This document shows, in pieces, positions 61,407 through 64,000 of a stretch of DNA of 64,000 nucleotides (position 1 is the first letter of the stretch; the number at the start of each line of letters is the position of its first letter). The translations under genes were made by a program, and so were the position numbers. The stretch is from Chitinivibrionales bacterium (GTDB lineage Bacteria; Fibrobacterota; Chitinivibrionia; Chitinivibrionales; WJKA01). The DNA is taken from positions 1-64,000 of the forward strand of contig JBBRUX010000012.1 of the NCBI GenBank assembly GCA_038247415.1, written 5' to 3'. The notes beneath the pieces are model-generated. The model had not been told where the DNA came from. It saw only the letters and a list, made by a program, of their open reading frames with translations, and did no database searches.

Positions 61407-61784
61407 AACGGTACTTTCTAATGTAATAAAAACCTACTATTTAACGCTTTTTATTAAAATACGTTAAAAATGAAAGCCTGTTTTGAAGAATCTCTTTCCT
61501 GAGAATTCTACTCTATTATACACGAACTGCAACAGCGCCACTGCTTTCTGAACAATGATTTTAATGTGATACGCGAGGCATATTCCATCCTTTCACGGAA
61601 TCCCCCTCAAAAAGTAATTTTTGGCTCTTAGTTGGCAATCATGCATTTTTATTGTTGGCTCTAGTTTGGGCAATAAAATTACTATCACACTCTAGAAAAC
61701 ATGATACAGATCAGATACTTTCATCTTTTACACAAAAGGAGACGATAATGGCTTTAACAAAAAGTTTGCGACTGAAAAAAAACA

Positions 61785-62690
61785 ATGACTGCAGGTTCGA
61801 AGAGCATAGTGTATGGGGCTTTTGCTCTTATGTGCGGAATGTCCCAAGAAGTTGCAGGTTTGAATTCTATCGGCGATATAAGCCCTTGGGAAGATAATCA
61901 GCTCAACGCCAATTCAATATACGTAACAAAGTTTACCGCATCATCATCCTTTACAGCCACCACTATGGGACTATTTTGGGCGGGCGCTCCAACGGGAACC
62001 ATGAGCATGGCTATTTATGTAGACCTAGATGGAACTCCCGGCGCATTGCTTGACTCTACGGCAACTCTTACTGCGCAAGCTCCTAGAGATTCTGCAGGCT
62101 ACCAGCAAGTGCCTTTGAGCACCCCGCTTCCCATGGTGAGTGGAACATCGTACTGGCTAGGCTTTAATCAAAGCTCTGCTTTGAATTATGTGGGGTTTGA
62201 CCAAGGGGGAAGCGGCTATTCACTTGATACTGCCTGCTGTGGGTGGATTACAGCGTGGAGTGGTGGCACACAATGGGATGGAACTTTAACTATTTTTGCC
62301 GCCGACAGTATGTTAGGCACCGGTACTCCCCCTGATACCACTACCGACACTACTGGAAACGATACAAGCGGAATAGAGTATAGGTACACGAGCCACCGGG
62401 GAACCCTAGGTTTGCAATCAATTGTTCTGAGAAATACGCCAACCATCCTCAGTGTTAATCTAGGACTTTCACTTTCTGCATTGTGCGGCGAAATTCGGCT
62501 TGAAATGTTTGATATGAATGGCCGCCGGGTTTGGAACTCGTTAGTCAACCGCCAGGTTCGAGCTGGCACATCCGTTCTTGCATTTGACCATGCCCAACCT
62601 GCCGGGACCTATCTCGTGCGAATTCATGCAACCGACCGGCAGGGAATATCCATAGGTAACTTCACAGCGTCTGTTATGATAACACGATAG
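61785..62690 (+). CDS. Secreted hypothetical protein with T/D-rich linker and C-terminal sorting domain (true start may be 61748, frameshifted)
   Basis: Signal-like segment; TPPDTTTDTT linker; MFDMNGRRV...AGTYLVRI. Confidence 0.65.
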   Translation: MTAGSKSIVYGAFALMCGMSQEVAGLNSIGDISPWEDNQLNANSIYVTKFTASSSFTATTMGLFWAGAPTGTMSMAIYVDLDGTPGALLDSTATLTAQAPRDSAGYQQVPLSTPLPMVSGTSYWLGFNQSSALNYVGFDQGGSGYSLDTACCGWITAWSGGTQWDGTLTIFAADSMLGTGTPPDTTTDTTGNDTSGIEYRYTSHRGTLGLQSIVLRNTPTILSVNLGLSLSALCGEIRLEMFDMNGRRVWNSLVNRQVRAGTSVLAFDHAQPAGTYLVRIHATDRQGISIGNFTASVMITR

Positions 62691-62790
62691 GCTAGTTTCT
62701 CAAGCCATCAATCATTGTAGATCCCGCTTTGTGAATCAAGCATACTTTCACAAAGCGGCTCCGTCGATCCGCATATCCCTGCCGCCGCGC

Positions 62791-63049
62791 GGGCAAACAA
62801 AACGGCATCGAAGTTTCACCGAGCAGCACGACCATGGCTGTGCAGGGGCGTCCGATGAGCGCGTCGGTGACGAAGGCGTCGAAATCGGTCGTGTACACCC
62901 TGCAGGGACGCAGAATCGCCGAGATCAACGATCCGGTCGCCGGCATGCTCCGAACGAACTCCACGCTCAAGCTGGCGCGTGGCATGTACTGCATCGTGAA
63001 CGAATCGGCGAAGAAACCCGCTGTGATGTTGATTGAGCCATCACGATAG
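62791..63049 (+). pseudogene. Orphan C-terminal fragment of a secreted protein (domain end plus sorting domain)
   Basis: GKQNGIEV...VYTLQGRRI...ARGMYCI; no 5' part. Confidence 0.55.
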
Positions 63050-63076
63050 TCAAAATTTATCAAAAGGAGGTTCGCA

Positions 63077-64000
63077 ATGTTTCGAGCAGCAATTCTTGTG
63101 GCAATGGTAGCGCTATCGGTAGCCGCGCAGGTCAATGTTTCGGTTGACTGGAATACTGTCAAGTACGCAATCAAGGGACTCAAAGACGCTGGCATCACCA
63201 ACATCTGCATCAATATCCCCGATGGGCTGACCTCCTCCAATCAGGTAACGAATATCGCAGGATTCGCTTCCTTCTGTGCCGATCTGGTGAGAATCGTAAA
63301 TGTGGACAATCATCTTGGTGTCAAGTACTGGGAGCTCCCCAACGAACGCGACGGGACTCTTAACGGCAAACAAGAAGCTGCGGTCTTTAACGCCGCAGCC
63401 ACCGCCATGAAAAACGTTGATAATACAATAAAAACCGGCGGCCCCGCAGTGTCACGTCCCAATTACTCCGATCAGATCAAAACGTTCGTTGATTCGACAC
63501 TCAGCAATCTCGACTTTTTGAGCTTCCATTGCTATGGTGGCGGTGGCGGCATGACCGATGAGGCCGTGTGGAACGCAGCCGGCGCCACGTGGTATAGCCA
63601 GTACATGTCGGACTATCTCAAGCAGAAAAGCCCGAATCGGCGAATTCCCGTTTTCTATGATGAATTCAATGTTGCGTGGTCGTGGAATCTGGCTCAAGCG
63701 CAGCAGAACGGGATATGCGGGGCGATCTACGATGCGCTCAGTATGTGTTTGTCAAGCGATGCCGGTCCCGGATCAATGGTATTTGCTGCATGGAATGAGA
63801 TGGACGGTTCGTACGGAAAGATGGATAACAGCTATACCCTTCGCCCTGCAGCACACGTGTACCACATCTTCAACACCTTTGTCTACGGCGACCGCATAGC
63901 CACTAACAGCGGCAAAGACTCGGTTATTGTTCCGTTTGCATCTAAGTCGCCGGACGGACGGCATTCACTGGTCTTGACCAACCGAACCAAATCGCAGCGA
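63077..64000 (+). CDS. Secreted clan GH-A glycoside hydrolase (GH39/GH51-like), partial, probable internal deletion
   Basis: Manual translation from ATG 63077 (AGGAGG RBS): signal peptide, VKYWELPNE, IKTGGPA, LDFLSFHCY, IPVFYDEFN; frame open to the window end. Confidence 0.8.
   Translation, partial: MFRAAILVAMVALSVAAQVNVSVDWNTVKYAIKGLKDAGITNICINIPDGLTSSNQVTNIAGFASFCADLVRIVNVDNHLGVKYWELPNERDGTLNGKQEAAVFNAAATAMKNVDNTIKTGGPAVSRPNYSDQIKTFVDSTLSNLDFLSFHCYGGGGGMTDEAVWNAAGATWYSQYMSDYLKQKSPNRRIPVFYDEFNVAWSWNLAQAQQNGICGAIYDALSMCLSSDAGPGSMVFAAWNEMDGSYGKMDNSYTLRPAAHVYHIFNTFVYGDRIATNSGKDSVIVPFASKSPDGRHSLVLTNRTKSQR

Noticed and set aside
61440..61468. TTTAACG-N15-CGTTAAA palindrome upstream of the fucosidase
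   Set aside because: AT-rich 7-bp arms could arise by chance and no regulator gene is nearby
271..63964. Numerous short antisense or overlapping ORFs in the six-frame track
   Set aside because: They are shadows of well-supported genes on the other strand or frame
48300..64000. Integron cassette array or prophage
   Set aside because: Mixed orientations, broken genes, and no recognisable attC, integrase or phage structural genes

Overview
Bacterial chromosomal window. The lineage is probably Fibrobacterota (Chitinivibrionia-like); this is inferred from T9SS-type C-terminal sorting domains, a 'GGxGGETTNG' lipoprotein N-terminus, a SigA lacking region 1.1, and flagellar plus type IV pilus genes. 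Positions ~1-46000 are mostly intact core genes: dsbD, TPR proteins, ppnP, ABC-F, dnaA with a phased DnaA-box array, fliD-fliS, ppk1-ppx-ROK, aspartokinase, a sigma70 factor, flgM, pilT-pilC, folK-dNK-panC, GH13, YfhO and GT4. Positions ~46000-64000 form a mosaic, deletion-eroded accessory region where intact genes sit among many fragments of secreted or CAZyme genes. The most notable observations are: (1) a 943-aa membrane-anchored protein with a Cache-like periplasmic domain and a ~500-aa cytoplasmic tail of 24-residue, period-4 repeats with no output domain; (2) an orphan DnaA with substituted DNA-recognition residues next to 11-bp-phased non-canonical boxes; (3) a highly structured intergenic element downstream of dnaA; (4) two CRP-consensus boxes in front of two convergent Ig-domain lipoprotein genes; (5) a STAS-Zn-finger fusion; (6) abundant D-(S/T)-hydrophobic sequons in exported proteins; (7) the gene-fragment mosaic itself. 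No rRNA, tRNA, CRISPR array or transposase was recognised. All family calls come from motif recognition by eye, without database searches.
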